DNA of 64,000 bases, from positions 1-64,000 of the IMG/VR virus record IMGVR_UViG_3300017991_000001; one strand, 5' to 3'. Both the position numbers and the translations under genes were made by a program. The notes beneath the pieces were generated by a model that saw only the letters and a list, made by a program, of their open reading frames with translations, did not search any database and was not told the DNA's origin. The stretch's first letter is position 1. Each line of letters opens with the position of its first letter. This document shows, piece by piece, positions 37,984 through 48,479 of the stretch.

Positions 37984-39376
37984 CTATGCGATGTACCTGG
38001 CGGGGCCTTTGACATACAAGCGCAGGATCGTGAAGGGTGCTTCGTCAAAGAACGCGGAGTACCGCACGATCGAGTGCTTCAAGCTGCACACGGGGAGCAT
38101 GCTGGTGCCCGCGGGTCTGACCCAGCGGGTGGTCAAGGTGCTCCGCTCCAGCGGCCTTGAAGTTTCGTTCCAGGACCTGAGGTCACAGGTGCTCCCGGAG
38201 CCGGTCCTGGACACCCTGCCCCCGCTCAGGCCGGGGCAGGACGAGCTGCTGGCCAGCATCGTCGCTTCGGACCACGGCGTCATCGAGGGCCCCACCGGTA
38301 GCGGCAAAAGCTGGATCATCCGCCAGATATGCAGGATGTGGCCGACGGCCAACGTCATCATCTGCATTCCCGCCGCCGTGGGCGGGTCGCTGTTGGAGCA
38401 AACGTACAAGGACCTGTTGGAGGACCTTCCCGAAGACAAGGTCGGGATGGTTGGTCTGGCGCGTTGCGACAACAAGCAGGTCACGTGCGTGATGGACCGC
38501 TCGCTGCACAGAGCCAACCTGGAGCAGTGTCAGATATTCATATTTGACGAGGTCCATCACGCCGCGGCCCCGAAGACCGCCGAAGCGCTGGGCAAGGTTT
38601 GGGAGGCCAGGAGGTTTGGCTTCTCCGCTTCTCCCGTGGGGCGCAGCGACCTGGCCGACCTCGAGACCGAGGCCATGTTCGGCCCGGTGATCCACCGCAG
38701 CACCTACCAGGACATCCAGAAGACGGGCGCGATCGTGCCCATAGAGGTGCTGGTCTTCTCCATGTGCATGGCGCGCAAGACGGTGGCCAGCACCGACACG
38801 GCCAGGGAGCGCCACGGCATTTGGCGCAACCAGGACCGCAACGGCCTGATCGCGGCGGCCATCCAGTGGGTGCGCAGGACGTACGGGGTGGACATGCAGA
38901 TCCTGATCTCCGTGAAGACCGTGGAGCACGCCGTCTACCTCAACGCCCACCTGCCCGACTTCACCCTCGTCTACGGCGACATGCAGCCCAAGAAGCGCGA
39001 GCGCTGGGAGCGTGCGGGCTTGCTCATACCGGGCGAACACCCCATCACATCGGGGGAGCGGGCGACCCTGCAGGATGACTTTCGCGACGGCAAACTGAAG
39101 CGCGCCATCGCCACCCAGATATGGGGCACGGGCGTGGATTTCCCGGGCCTGGAAGTGCTTGTGCGCGCGGACGCGCAGTCCTCTTCCATACGCAATACGC
39201 AGCTTCCCGGAAGGGTGACAAGAAAGGCCGAGGGCAAGGATTTCGGGCTGGTCATCGACTTCGATGACTGCCATAATGAAGCGCTTCAGCGCCGTGCGCG
39301 GAAGCGTCTTTCCATCTACAGGAAGAAGGGATGGAAAATCACCCACGTAGATCTGATGAACCAGACAGCGCCTTGA
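37916..39376 (+). CDS. SF2 DEAD/DEAH helicase (UvsW-like)
   Basis: LRPGQ, GPTGSGKS, DEVHH, SAS, TGVDFP, QLPGRVTR. Confidence 0.92.
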   Translation: MAEERNNKALIRRCGFHIQVIPDYAMYLAGPLTYKRRIVKGASSKNAEYRTIECFKLHTGSMLVPAGLTQRVVKVLRSSGLEVSFQDLRSQVLPEPVLDTLPPLRPGQDELLASIVASDHGVIEGPTGSGKSWIIRQICRMWPTANVIICIPAAVGGSLLEQTYKDLLEDLPEDKVGMVGLARCDNKQVTCVMDRSLHRANLEQCQIFIFDEVHHAAAPKTAEALGKVWEARRFGFSASPVGRSDLADLETEAMFGPVIHRSTYQDIQKTGAIVPIEVLVFSMCMARKTVASTDTARERHGIWRNQDRNGLIAAAIQWVRRTYGVDMQILISVKTVEHAVYLNAHLPDFTLVYGDMQPKKRERWERAGLLIPGEHPITSGERATLQDDFRDGKLKRAIATQIWGTGVDFPGLEVLVRADAQSSSIRNTQLPGRVTRKAEGKDFGLVIDFDDCHNEALQRRARKRLSIYRKKGWKITHVDLMNQTAP

Positions 39377-39960
39377 TCGAGCAGCAGCTCGAGCATGTGC
39401 AGCGGGCCTACTTATGGCTGCGGCAGAAGATCAAGCCCAACATCAGGCGTGTCTCCGGCAACGAGACCGACTGGTACCGGCTGGCCGAGGCCCTGGCCCG
39501 GCAGCGATTAGACCCCTATGGCTACGTGCAGTTCTGCTACGACATGTTCGTCACCAAGTTCGACGACCTGTACCCCCACCTGGTCACGGACTTGAAGAAC
39601 GTGTATCGGTTCGCGTCGTCGTCCAACCGGACGGGCAGCGCGGACAGGCTGCGGGTGATCCTGCGGCTGCAGTTCCTCGAGCTGGAGCATCAGCTCGGGC
39701 GTGGCAGGGAACTGCCTGACGTGCTCATGGATGAGGACGTGTCCATGAGCGCCCTGTTCAGGTACGCGGTGTGCAAGCTCTTCGGACTGCGGCGCCTGGC
39801 CGTCGTGTTCGAGGAGGAGGCGCAGCGCATGCTTACATTCAAACCAGCTTACCGCGCCCTGTTGCGCGGGCTCTTGGAGGGGCACCATGGCTCAGGAGGG
39901 CAACCCGCACCGGATCACAAGGCATCAGTTGGACTTGCTTCTGGCACACCTCATACGTGA
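39331..39960 (+). CDS. Hypothetical protein in the replication module
   Basis: ORF between the two helicases; start uncertain. Confidence 0.6.
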   Translation: MENHPRRSDEPDSALIEQQLEHVQRAYLWLRQKIKPNIRRVSGNETDWYRLAEALARQRLDPYGYVQFCYDMFVTKFDDLYPHLVTDLKNVYRFASSSNRTGSADRLRVILRLQFLELEHQLGRGRELPDVLMDEDVSMSALFRYAVCKLFGLRRLAVVFEEEAQRMLTFKPAYRALLRGLLEGHHGSGGQPAPDHKASVGLASGTPHT

Positions 39961-41392
39961 ACCGCGTGTGCTGCTGCAGGGAAAGCAGCGCCTGCGTGAC
40001 GAGGACTTCGACGACGACTACGAACGGAGTCACCGGATCATCTGGCAGGTGACGCGCGCCTACCACGAGCGCCACAAGGAAATGATCCAGTGCGGACAGC
40101 TGTACGCCGAACTCGAGAAGCGCATGCTCGGCATGCCCGAGTTCGAGGACGTGCAGGTGCAGCAGGCGGTGTACAACCTGGCGCACGCGTGTTTCAAGAC
40201 CAAGGGTCTGATGCCGGAGCACGCGATCGAGATCCTGCAGGACTTCCTCAAGCAGCGGCGCGTGCGCACGCACCTGATGGAGGCCGCGGAGCGCGAGCGC
40301 CGTGACATGGACAAGGTGGTGGACGAGCTGGTGGACCGCCGGCGCGAGGCCACCATCACCATTGCCGAGCCGATCCAGCCGTTCAAGAAGGGCAACGCCT
40401 TCTTTGGCGTGCCCGAGCGCAAGCCGATCGGGGTGATGTTCGTCGACGCGCTGTTGGGGGGAGGGCCTCGCGCGGGTGAGGCCTACGGCTTTCTGGCGCC
40501 CACCGGGGGCGGCAAGACGACGCTCGTCAACCAGATGGGCACCGAGGCAGCACGCCGCAAGAACGTCTTCGTCATCTTCCACTACGAGCAGCGCCTGCAG
40601 GGCACGAAGGACGATCCGCACAATGAGTTCTGGATGGGCCCGTACGCCTACGCGCTGGGCATGACCAAGGAGCGGGTGGAGCAGATCCGCGACCCGAGGG
40701 ACTTCACGCCGGAGGAGATGGCGAAATACGAGAAGGTGACCGAGGAGATCGGCGACTACCTCTACTTCTACGACTTCTCGGGGGCCCGTGACACGGCCGG
40801 CGAGGGCGGCGTGGCGGAGGTGGATTCCTATCTGCTGGACCTGAAGAGCAGGGGCATCAAGGTGGCGGGCTTCGCCATCGACTGGTTCTGGCTGATGATG
40901 ATGCGCTCCATGCATCTGCACGAGTCGCAGCGGGATAACGCCGAGCGGCGTTACGCCCAGCAGCTGCTGGACCAGATCAAGAAGGTGGGCGAACGCCACG
41001 GCTGCTGGTGCTGGATCAACCACCAGTTGCAGGCGGCCAAGGGCGCCCAGTCACGCCAGCCCGTGAAGTGGAACGAGGCGGCCGAACTGAAGAGCTTCGC
41101 CTGGACGCTGGACTGTTGTTTCGGCCTCAACGGTTTCGACCACAAGGGCCGCGCGCGGCTGGAGATCTCCAAGGGCCGCAACCAGAAGTTGATGGGCGCG
41201 ACCGTGCAGTTGGACGGCGCCCGTGCCACGTTCAAGGGCCTTGAGGGCGATTGGGGGTGGGACGGAAGGAAGAAGGAATATACGCTCAAGGGCCAGGAAA
41301 ACGCGGTGCCTGTGGAACAACTGGGCGGCCCTGTCGCGAGGCAAGTTGAAAACTACTCGGGCGAAGGTGACATGCCCGTGGTTGACACCTAA
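39887..41392 (+). CDS. DnaB-like replicative helicase
   Basis: APTGGGKT Walker A, HYEQ, AIDW, NHQL, SKGRN; upstream of primase. Confidence 0.85.
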   Translation: MAQEGNPHRITRHQLDLLLAHLIREPRVLLQGKQRLRDEDFDDDYERSHRIIWQVTRAYHERHKEMIQCGQLYAELEKRMLGMPEFEDVQVQQAVYNLAHACFKTKGLMPEHAIEILQDFLKQRRVRTHLMEAAERERRDMDKVVDELVDRRREATITIAEPIQPFKKGNAFFGVPERKPIGVMFVDALLGGGPRAGEAYGFLAPTGGGKTTLVNQMGTEAARRKNVFVIFHYEQRLQGTKDDPHNEFWMGPYAYALGMTKERVEQIRDPRDFTPEEMAKYEKVTEEIGDYLYFYDFSGARDTAGEGGVAEVDSYLLDLKSRGIKVAGFAIDWFWLMMMRSMHLHESQRDNAERRYAQQLLDQIKKVGERHGCWCWINHQLQAAKGAQSRQPVKWNEAAELKSFAWTLDCCFGLNGFDHKGRARLEISKGRNQKLMGATVQLDGARATFKGLEGDWGWDGRKKEYTLKGQENAVPVEQLGGPVARQVENYSGEGDMPVVDT

Positions 41393-42451
41393 ATGCTGAA
41401 TCCACGACTTTTCAAGTCGTTGGCCGATCGCTTCGGGAAGGTGAGGATCGCCAACGAAGGGGAGCGCATGCTCGTCAAGGAGGTGCCCGACGCCAAGCGT
41501 GAGGGCAGGACGCGCGAGATCCCCGAGACGTCCGGTGAGTACTACCGGGTCAACTGCCCCTACTGTCAGGACACCAAGGGTCGGCTGTGGATCAACCACC
41601 GCTGGAACACAAAGACGGCCGACGGCCGTCCGTGGGGCTGGTGGCTGGCGGTGTGCTACAACGAGAACTGCAACCTGAGCAGGCTGCGGGACGAGCTGGA
41701 GCTGTACCTGGTGGACAAGCCCACGATCAAGCGGGCCCACAAGGAGGCGTTCCAGAAGACGGTGCGGTTCAAGGAGGTGGCGTTGCCGGGGCGGTGCGTG
41801 CCGGTCTCGGGGCTGGAACCGGGACATCCGGCGAGGGCCTACCTCGCCAGGCGCAACTTCGACCCCTACGAGCTGGTGAAGCTTTTTGCCGTCCATTATT
41901 GCGTGGACGTGCCGGAGGACCCCGACGGGTTCGTGCCCGACACCAAGTGGCACGCGCGCATGGTGCGGGGGCGGCTGGTCATACCCATCTACCGGCTGGG
42001 CAAGCTGGTGGGCTGGCAGACCCGGGCCATCGACGACGAGTCGCATCCGAAGTACTACACGATGCCGGGCCTGAAGAAGCAGCACCTCATCTACAACGGC
42101 GACATGTGCCGCACCTACGACTTCGGCGTGGTGGTCGAGGGCGCCACCGACGTGTGGCGCGTGGGACCGCGCGGCGGCGGGGTGCTGGGCAAGGAGATCA
42201 GCTACTACCAGCGCCAGCTCATCTCGGCGTACTGGGGGGACGGGGCCATGTGCCTGCTGTTGGACCCCGAGGCGCTCGAGGACATCGACAAGGTCAACAA
42301 GATGATCAACCTCCGCGACGGCTTCAAGTGGGGCGCGTTCGCGTTGAGGCTCGCGCCGGGCCAGGACCCCGGCGGTATGGATCGATCCGATTTGTGGAGA
42401 CTCATATCAAGCTATGCTCGCACCAGGGGCATCCAACTCCTCTCTGTGTGA
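41393..42451 (+). CDS. DNA primase
   Basis: CPYC...CYNENC Zn finger, GRLVIPI, GWQTR, TOPRIM VVEGATD, DPG. Confidence 0.88.
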   Translation: MLNPRLFKSLADRFGKVRIANEGERMLVKEVPDAKREGRTREIPETSGEYYRVNCPYCQDTKGRLWINHRWNTKTADGRPWGWWLAVCYNENCNLSRLRDELELYLVDKPTIKRAHKEAFQKTVRFKEVALPGRCVPVSGLEPGHPARAYLARRNFDPYELVKLFAVHYCVDVPEDPDGFVPDTKWHARMVRGRLVIPIYRLGKLVGWQTRAIDDESHPKYYTMPGLKKQHLIYNGDMCRTYDFGVVVEGATDVWRVGPRGGGVLGKEISYYQRQLISAYWGDGAMCLLLDPEALEDIDKVNKMINLRDGFKWGAFALRLAPGQDPGGMDRSDLWRLISSYARTRGIQLLSV

Positions 42452-45400
42452 TCTGGACCACGTGGCGCTTGACCGGTTTCCGCTGACGGAGACCTACGAG
42501 CGCGCGAAGACGGAGTGGGGCTGTTTGAAAGAGGAGGAGGTGGCACGCACGCTCTTGTGGGGCGGCGGGATGGCGTCGTGGCTCTCCGTGGCCGACGGCA
42601 AGGACCGCGTCTCGCCGGTGCGCTGGGTGACGGGCACCCACATCGGCAACGGCACGCCGGGGCCCTATCCCCATTACGACGTGATGGTGGTGGGCAAGAT
42701 GCCCGGCGCCGAGGAGATCATGAAGGGCCGGGTGCTGTGCGGCAAGTCGGGGCAGCTGTTGTTGAAGGCCGCCATGGCGCGGGGCTGCCACTACCTGATC
42801 AGCAACGCCTACGGCACCAACGTGTGCCGCTTCGCGCCGCCCGACGGGAGCAGCAACCTCAAGCCCGCCCATGTCAAGGACTGCATGCCCATGCTCGCCC
42901 AGGAGCTGGCGATCAACAATCCCAAGTACGTGTTGCTATTGGGTACCGACGCGGTGAAGGCCTTCTTCGGCAACAAGTTCAACCTGTCGAAGGTGCGCAG
43001 CCACTGTTTCGTGCTGCCCACCCCGTACGCGCTGGGCGAGGAGCCGACCGACGCCGACATCCTGACCAACGAGGCCTACGACGCCGGCGTCAAGATCTAC
43101 GCCACCATCCACCCCGCGGCCGTGCTGCGCGAGATCGGGTTGCAGGCGGGCCTGGAGCGGGACCTGGAGCGGTTCGCCGGCCTGGTGTCCGGCGCGTTCC
43201 GCGGCAACAGCACCATCCAGCAGGACACGTACTACCACTACGTCCACCAGCACGCGCCCCTGAAGCACATCATCGACCAGATCCTCGCCGCCGGCATACG
43301 CGAGATCGCGGTCGACTGCGAGTGGGGCGGCACCTTCCCCACGGGTTCCCTGCGCACCATCCAGTTCTGCTGGGCGCCGAGGGAGGTGTGCGTCGTGATC
43401 CTGCGGCGCCAGCACATGCACGACGCCCAGCAACCGGGCGAGCGGGCGAAGATGATGATGGAGCTCAAGCGGCTCTTCCACCATCCCGGTATGAAGATCG
43501 TGGGCCACAACATCCGCGCTGACGCCAAGTGGCTGGCGCTGGAGGACCTGCCGATCATGGATCGGGTCAGCTTCGATACGATGCTGGCCGACCACATCCT
43601 GAACGAGAACGCCGAGCACGGGTTGGAGGAGTGCGCGGTCCGCATGACGGACATGGGCCGGTACGACCTGCCGCTGAAGAAGTGGCTCTCGGCCAACCCG
43701 CAGCCCAAGCACGCCGGCTTCGCCGAGGTGCCGGACGACATCCTGCACCCCTACTGCGCCTGCGACCCCGACGCGACCTTCCGGCTGATCGAGCCGCTGC
43801 GCAAGCGCCTGGCCCAGCCCGACCTGTCGAGGGTGCGCCACTGCTACGAGAAGATCGTGCTGCCTTGCATGCAGCCCGTGCACGAGATCGAGATGAACGG
43901 GTTGGCCGTGGACCAGGACCGCATGGAGGGCCTGGTATGGACCTACGACACCAAGAAGCGCGAGCTGATCGATCACCTGCGCGACCTCATCGGCGACCCG
44001 TACTTCAACTTCCGCTCCTACCCCCAAGTCTCCCGCCTGCTGTTCGGTAAGATCCACGAGGGTGGGCTGGAGCTGGTCCCGTTGAAGACCACGGAGAAGC
44101 CGGCCCGCATGTGGGACGACGTGCGCCACGTGCCGGAGCACGAGCTGGAGCGCCTCAACCCGTCCACGGACTCCGAGACGCTGAAGCATCTTGCCGCCGA
44201 GTACCCGGACGTGCCCATCGTCACGGCGCTGGCGGACCTGCGGCTGGTGGACCAGGTGTCCAAGAGTTTCATGCGGACGCCCGAGGTCGATCCCTACACG
44301 GGCGACGAGATCTACGAGTCGGGCCTGGTCGGCCACGTCGACCCGGACGGGCGCGTGCGGACATCCATCAATCAGATGTCCGAGACGGGCAGGTGGAAGA
44401 GTTCAGACCCCAACCTACAGAATCTTCCGAACCGGCAGGACGCCGAGCTGAAGCGGGTGATGGGGGAGGGTGTCCACAAGATACGCAGTTGCTTCATCGC
44501 CGACGAGACGGTGGAGGCCGTCGAGCGGTTGGAGCAGGGCTGGGTGCTGGTGGAGGCCGACTTCTCGTCCGCCGAAATCTTCACGCTCGGTTACCTGTCC
44601 GACTGCCCGAAGCTGTTGATGGACGCGAAGAGCGACCTGCACGGTCGCGGCGCGGTGAACTACTTCGGGGCGCCCAGGTGGGACGGGTTCGAGCAGGGCA
44701 TCAAGCCCCCGGAGGAGTGGTTGAAGGAGCACAAGCACCTTAGGGTGGGCGCCAAGTCGGTGAACTTCGGCATCCCCTATCAGCGTGGCGCCAAGGCCGT
44801 GGCGCGCGAGGTCACCAAGGCCACCAACGGCAAGGTGTCCTGCGACACGATGCAGGCGCAGGGGTACATCAACGGGTTCTACGAGACGTACCCCGAAGTC
44901 GACAACTTCGTGGAGATGGCGAAGGCTTCCGTGATCTTCCCGGGCTATCTGGACCAGCCCTTCGGCAGACGCAGGCGCTTCTCCTCCTTCGCGGACGATT
45001 CCGCCATCGCGGCACAGCAGCGCGAGGCGGTGAACTTCCCCATTCAGAGCACGGTGGCGGACCTGCTCAACACCGCCGTCTACAACCTCTGGATGTGGCG
45101 CAACGCCTACCCGGGCGAGGCCGAGTACCGGATCGTGCTGTGCATCCATGACTCGGTCTTCCTGGAAGTGCGCGGGCCGCACGTGCCCGTGGTCGTCGAC
45201 ACCATACTCCCGGCCTGCATGCGGCACGGGGCCGTGGCTCCCATGTGGAAGCCCGAGTGTTACAAGCTGTCGAACCGTGGAAAACCGAAACGTGGAGAAC
45301 CGTTTTACACGAAACCGACGCGACCATTCTCGTTGGACATCGACGTGGAGTTGATGACGAGATGGGGATCGGAACCGGACCCGGACGAGCTGGTGCGCAG

Positions 45401-45452
45401 GGGCGTGCCGGTGAACTGGGTCGAGGCAAACGTGAAGAAAGGTGCACAGTAA
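42414..45452 (+). CDS. Family A DNA polymerase with N-terminal UDG-like and 3'-5' exonuclease domains
   Basis: UDG4-like MVVGKMPG..G.SG / TIHPAAVLR; exonuclease VDCE, GHNIRAD, YCACD; polymerase TGRWKSSDPNLQN, ADFSSAE, KSVNFGIPY, NFPIQS, IHDS. Start uncertain. Confidence 0.95.
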   Translation: MLAPGASNSSLCDLDHVALDRFPLTETYERAKTEWGCLKEEEVARTLLWGGGMASWLSVADGKDRVSPVRWVTGTHIGNGTPGPYPHYDVMVVGKMPGAEEIMKGRVLCGKSGQLLLKAAMARGCHYLISNAYGTNVCRFAPPDGSSNLKPAHVKDCMPMLAQELAINNPKYVLLLGTDAVKAFFGNKFNLSKVRSHCFVLPTPYALGEEPTDADILTNEAYDAGVKIYATIHPAAVLREIGLQAGLERDLERFAGLVSGAFRGNSTIQQDTYYHYVHQHAPLKHIIDQILAAGIREIAVDCEWGGTFPTGSLRTIQFCWAPREVCVVILRRQHMHDAQQPGERAKMMMELKRLFHHPGMKIVGHNIRADAKWLALEDLPIMDRVSFDTMLADHILNENAEHGLEECAVRMTDMGRYDLPLKKWLSANPQPKHAGFAEVPDDILHPYCACDPDATFRLIEPLRKRLAQPDLSRVRHCYEKIVLPCMQPVHEIEMNGLAVDQDRMEGLVWTYDTKKRELIDHLRDLIGDPYFNFRSYPQVSRLLFGKIHEGGLELVPLKTTEKPARMWDDVRHVPEHELERLNPSTDSETLKHLAAEYPDVPIVTALADLRLVDQVSKSFMRTPEVDPYTGDEIYESGLVGHVDPDGRVRTSINQMSETGRWKSSDPNLQNLPNRQDAELKRVMGEGVHKIRSCFIADETVEAVERLEQGWVLVEADFSSAEIFTLGYLSDCPKLLMDAKSDLHGRGAVNYFGAPRWDGFEQGIKPPEEWLKEHKHLRVGAKSVNFGIPYQRGAKAVAREVTKATNGKVSCDTMQAQGYINGFYETYPEVDNFVEMAKASVIFPGYLDQPFGRRRRFSSFADDSAIAAQQREAVNFPIQSTVADLLNTAVYNLWMWRNAYPGEAEYRIVLCIHDSVFLEVRGPHVPVVVDTILPACMRHGAVAPMWKPECYKLSNRGKPKRGEPFYTKPTRPFSLDIDVELMTRWGSEPDPDELVRRGVPVNWVEANVKKGAQ

Positions 45453-47081
45453 ATGGGTTACAACGACGAAGTGCCGTCCGGCCAGGGGCTGGATGGTCTG
45501 CCCGGCTTTTTCATCAAGAAGTCAGGCGCCCCGCACACGACGCAGTTCCTGAACTTCGGCAATCCGACCGTCTTCAGGATACTGCCGGAGATCAACGTCA
45601 ACGGGCATGAGGTGCCCTGGCGGCTGGGTCCGGGGCAGGGCGAGTTCTCGAACTGGATCAAGGGTTTGAGGGTCGCCACCAAGATGGGGGTGAACGGCAA
45701 GTTCACCTGCATCGCCAACGTGAAGGGCAAGCCCCCTCGGGAGCTTGGCCCCATCGACGTCTTTGCCAATGCCGTACACAAGGCCGTCGAGCGCAACAAG
45801 CGCGCCTTCCCGGAGGAGTGGGAGGACTGGGTGACGTATCTCCCCAAAACCGGCATCAAGCTGGGCATCCCGGACTATCACGCCGGCGTGCAGGGCCTCC
45901 TGTTCGAGCACGGAGGCAAGCAGTTCATGGACGAGAAGGGTAATCCGCAGCCCAGGCACCCGGTCATCCTGTTGATGAAGACCAGTGCCCGGTTCAAGCT
46001 GCAGGACATGTGCAACGTGGAGGTGCCGGGCTACTCGGGCGCCCCCGAGGATTACAACCGGCGCTATCCGATCGGGGACGCCTTCTCCCTCGGGGGTGGC
46101 CACCTGCTCAAGATCTTCCCGGTGCCGGACGACGGCTCCACGCGGGCCCACTACGACATCGAGGTGTTGCAGGAGGTGGTGCCCATTCCGAAGTCGGTGT
46201 CCATGGAATGGCGTCCTTGGGACGAGATCCTGGACTACCTGGACGAGGCCCAGCAGGTTAACCTCGTCGTCAACCACTTCCCGCCGGAGGTGGTGGACTT
46301 CGCGCTCAGCCAGGGACAGTACGGACATCTCGTGCCGCCCCACGTGAAGGGCGCGTTCGAGCAGATGCGTTTGCGGATGCAGGGTGGCGGCGGCGTGGCC
46401 GTGCAGCCGTACGGCACGCAGGGGTATCAGCAACCTCAGCAGCCCCAGCAGCCCCAGCAGCCCCAGCAGCCGCAGGGGCAGATCCAGGCGGCTCCGGTAC
46501 CCGCCGAGGTACCCGCCGTGGACTCCCCCGAGTTGAGGCAGAGCGTGGGCACGCAGGCAACTCAGCCGGCTGCCACGCCTCCCGCCACCGGACCCATCGT
46601 CAACTTCGGGGAGCAGAACTATACGCAGCCCTCGCCCACGGCGAGTCCTGCGCAGCCCGCCCAGCCCGCCCAGCCGGCGCAGCCCGCACAACCCGTGCAG
46701 CCTGCCCAACCGGCGCAACCGGCGCAGCCCGCTCAGCCCACCCAACCGGTCAGGGCTGTAAACTTCGGTGGTGCGGAGGCACAGACTCCGATGCCGGCAC
46801 CGGAATCTCAGGCCACTACGGCTGCACCACCGCCTCCGCAGCCGCCCAACGACCCGGACGTGCCGCCGCCTCCACAGGTGGCGCCCGCGCCCAACGCCGC
46901 ACCCGCGGCGGCAGCAGCCACGCCTGAGCAGTTCAACCAGCCTGTGGCCGGGGGTCAGGCTCCGCAGCAACCCATCGGCGATCCCGCGCAGACGCAGAAC
47001 GCGCAGGCCGATACGCTCGCCCGTCTCCGGGCGGCGCGTGAGCAGGTCGACGGACAGGCTCCGCAGCAACCGCAGCAGTAG
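45453..47081 (+). CDS. Probable ssDNA-binding/replication protein with a long Gln/Pro-rich tail
   Basis: Lies between polymerase and RecA; FRILP motif typical of phage SSBs; ~230-aa low-complexity tail. Confidence 0.5.
   Translation: MGYNDEVPSGQGLDGLPGFFIKKSGAPHTTQFLNFGNPTVFRILPEINVNGHEVPWRLGPGQGEFSNWIKGLRVATKMGVNGKFTCIANVKGKPPRELGPIDVFANAVHKAVERNKRAFPEEWEDWVTYLPKTGIKLGIPDYHAGVQGLLFEHGGKQFMDEKGNPQPRHPVILLMKTSARFKLQDMCNVEVPGYSGAPEDYNRRYPIGDAFSLGGGHLLKIFPVPDDGSTRAHYDIEVLQEVVPIPKSVSMEWRPWDEILDYLDEAQQVNLVVNHFPPEVVDFALSQGQYGHLVPPHVKGAFEQMRLRMQGGGGVAVQPYGTQGYQQPQQPQQPQQPQQPQGQIQAAPVPAEVPAVDSPELRQSVGTQATQPAATPPATGPIVNFGEQNYTQPSPTASPAQPAQPAQPAQPAQPVQPAQPAQPAQPAQPTQPVRAVNFGGAEAQTPMPAPESQATTAAPPPPQPPNDPDVPPPPQVAPAPNAAPAAAAATPEQFNQPVAGGQAPQQPIGDPAQTQNAQADTLARLRAAREQVDGQAPQQPQQ
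46428..46748 (+). repeat. Coding 9-bp tandem repeats (QQP and AQP units)
   Basis: CAGCAGCCC-type units at ~46428-46475 and GCNCARCCN-type units at ~46650-46748. Confidence 0.85.
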
Positions 47082-47091
47082 GAGGTGACCT

Positions 47092-48426
47092 TTGGCGAAA
47101 GCTAAGAAAAAGGCCGCCAAGAAGGGGGGAAAGGTGACCCAGCGTCACCTTTCCCCCACGATGCAGTCCCTGCTTGGTGAGGCCAAGACAAAGTTTCCCG
47201 ACGGCAGCTACATGGGCAAGAAGGCCGACGAGCAGTACTTCGGCGTGCCCATCCCGTGCCTGGCGCTGCAGTGGGTGATCAAGAACACCTGCCTGCCGCT
47301 GGGCAGCATGATCGGGTTGGCGGGGCCGTCGCAGTCCCATAAGAGCACCCTCGGGTTCGAGTTTGCCCGATGGGTGATGACCCACAACGGGTACACCCAC
47401 CTGATCGAGAACGAGGGCGGCAAGTACGACACCGTGCTCATCCGTTCCCTGCTGGGGGACGAGAACTTCGAGAACAGGTTCCTGATCTCGGAGGTGGAGA
47501 ACGCCACCGAGGCCCAGAAGAAGCTCACGGCCACGGCGAAGGCGATCAGGGAGAACAAGCAGCGCGACGAGATGTGGCTGATCGACCTGGACTCCATGGC
47601 CGGCTCCGAGACCGAGGACCAGACCAAGGAGATCGACAAGGACGGGTTCGCCGGCCGGGCGCACGCGGTCACGGCGCTGTCGTGGACGCGCTACCTCAAG
47701 CGCCTGGTGGCGCTGCTCAACACCTTCCCGGCGATCTTCCTGTCCGTGAACCACCTCAAGGAGAAGCCCAGCACCATGCCGGGCCGGCCGGCCAAGAAGA
47801 CCACGCCGGGCGGCGCGGCCCAGCGTTTCCACAGCGCGATCTACTTCTGGGTGACACGTGTCAGCGCCTCCGACCGAAAGGAGTGGGAGGTGGACGGAGA
47901 GACCATCGTGCGGCCGACCCTCGTGCGCACCATCCAGCTGGAGTGCGAGAAGTCCTCGATCGGGCCGGACAAGCGCCGCATCTACGTGGACCTGTGCTTC
48001 TACGACGGGCTGGACGGCAAGCCCCACGCCTACGTGGACTGGGACGCGGCCACGGCCGTCTTCCTGGCGGAGCAGCAGAAGGAGTACGGGGTCCTGCGGG
48101 AGGGCGACAAGGCCAGTTACGTGCGCCTGCGGGAGGTGCTGCACGTCGACGTGAACAGCAACCGCTACACCTGCCCGGCGCTGGACCTGGAGGGGGTGGA
48201 GGCCCAGACGCTGGGCCATGCGGTCCACACCGACCCCGCCCTGATGGACCGGCTGGTCCACTTCTTCGGCATCAAGCGCAACCTGGTCTGGGCGGGCGCG
48301 CTGCCCGTGCCGGAGTTCGAGCCGCCCGAACCCGACGAGAACGGGGACACGGAGAAGCCCGAGGGCAGCATCGACGAGGCGGAGCGCGGGGGCCTGATCA
48401 ACGAGGATGTGGCTTTAGAAGGTTGA
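47092..48426 (+). CDS. RecA/UvsX-like recombinase
   Basis: GPSQSHKST Walker A, IENE, DLDS, VNHLKE, TPGGAAQRFHS. Confidence 0.88.
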   Translation: MAKAKKKAAKKGGKVTQRHLSPTMQSLLGEAKTKFPDGSYMGKKADEQYFGVPIPCLALQWVIKNTCLPLGSMIGLAGPSQSHKSTLGFEFARWVMTHNGYTHLIENEGGKYDTVLIRSLLGDENFENRFLISEVENATEAQKKLTATAKAIRENKQRDEMWLIDLDSMAGSETEDQTKEIDKDGFAGRAHAVTALSWTRYLKRLVALLNTFPAIFLSVNHLKEKPSTMPGRPAKKTTPGGAAQRFHSAIYFWVTRVSASDRKEWEVDGETIVRPTLVRTIQLECEKSSIGPDKRRIYVDLCFYDGLDGKPHAYVDWDAATAVFLAEQQKEYGVLREGDKASYVRLREVLHVDVNSNRYTCPALDLEGVEAQTLGHAVHTDPALMDRLVHFFGIKRNLVWAGALPVPEFEPPEPDENGDTEKPEGSIDEAERGGLINEDVALEG

Positions 48427-48450
48427 CGTAGTTTGTTGGCGGGGTATGCT
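48423..48450 (+). promoter_or_regulatory. Candidate sigma70-type promoter
   Basis: TTGACG-16 nt-TATGCT. Confidence 0.45.
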
Positions 48451-48479
48451 CCGGTTTGATTGACCCGGAGAACTTTGCC

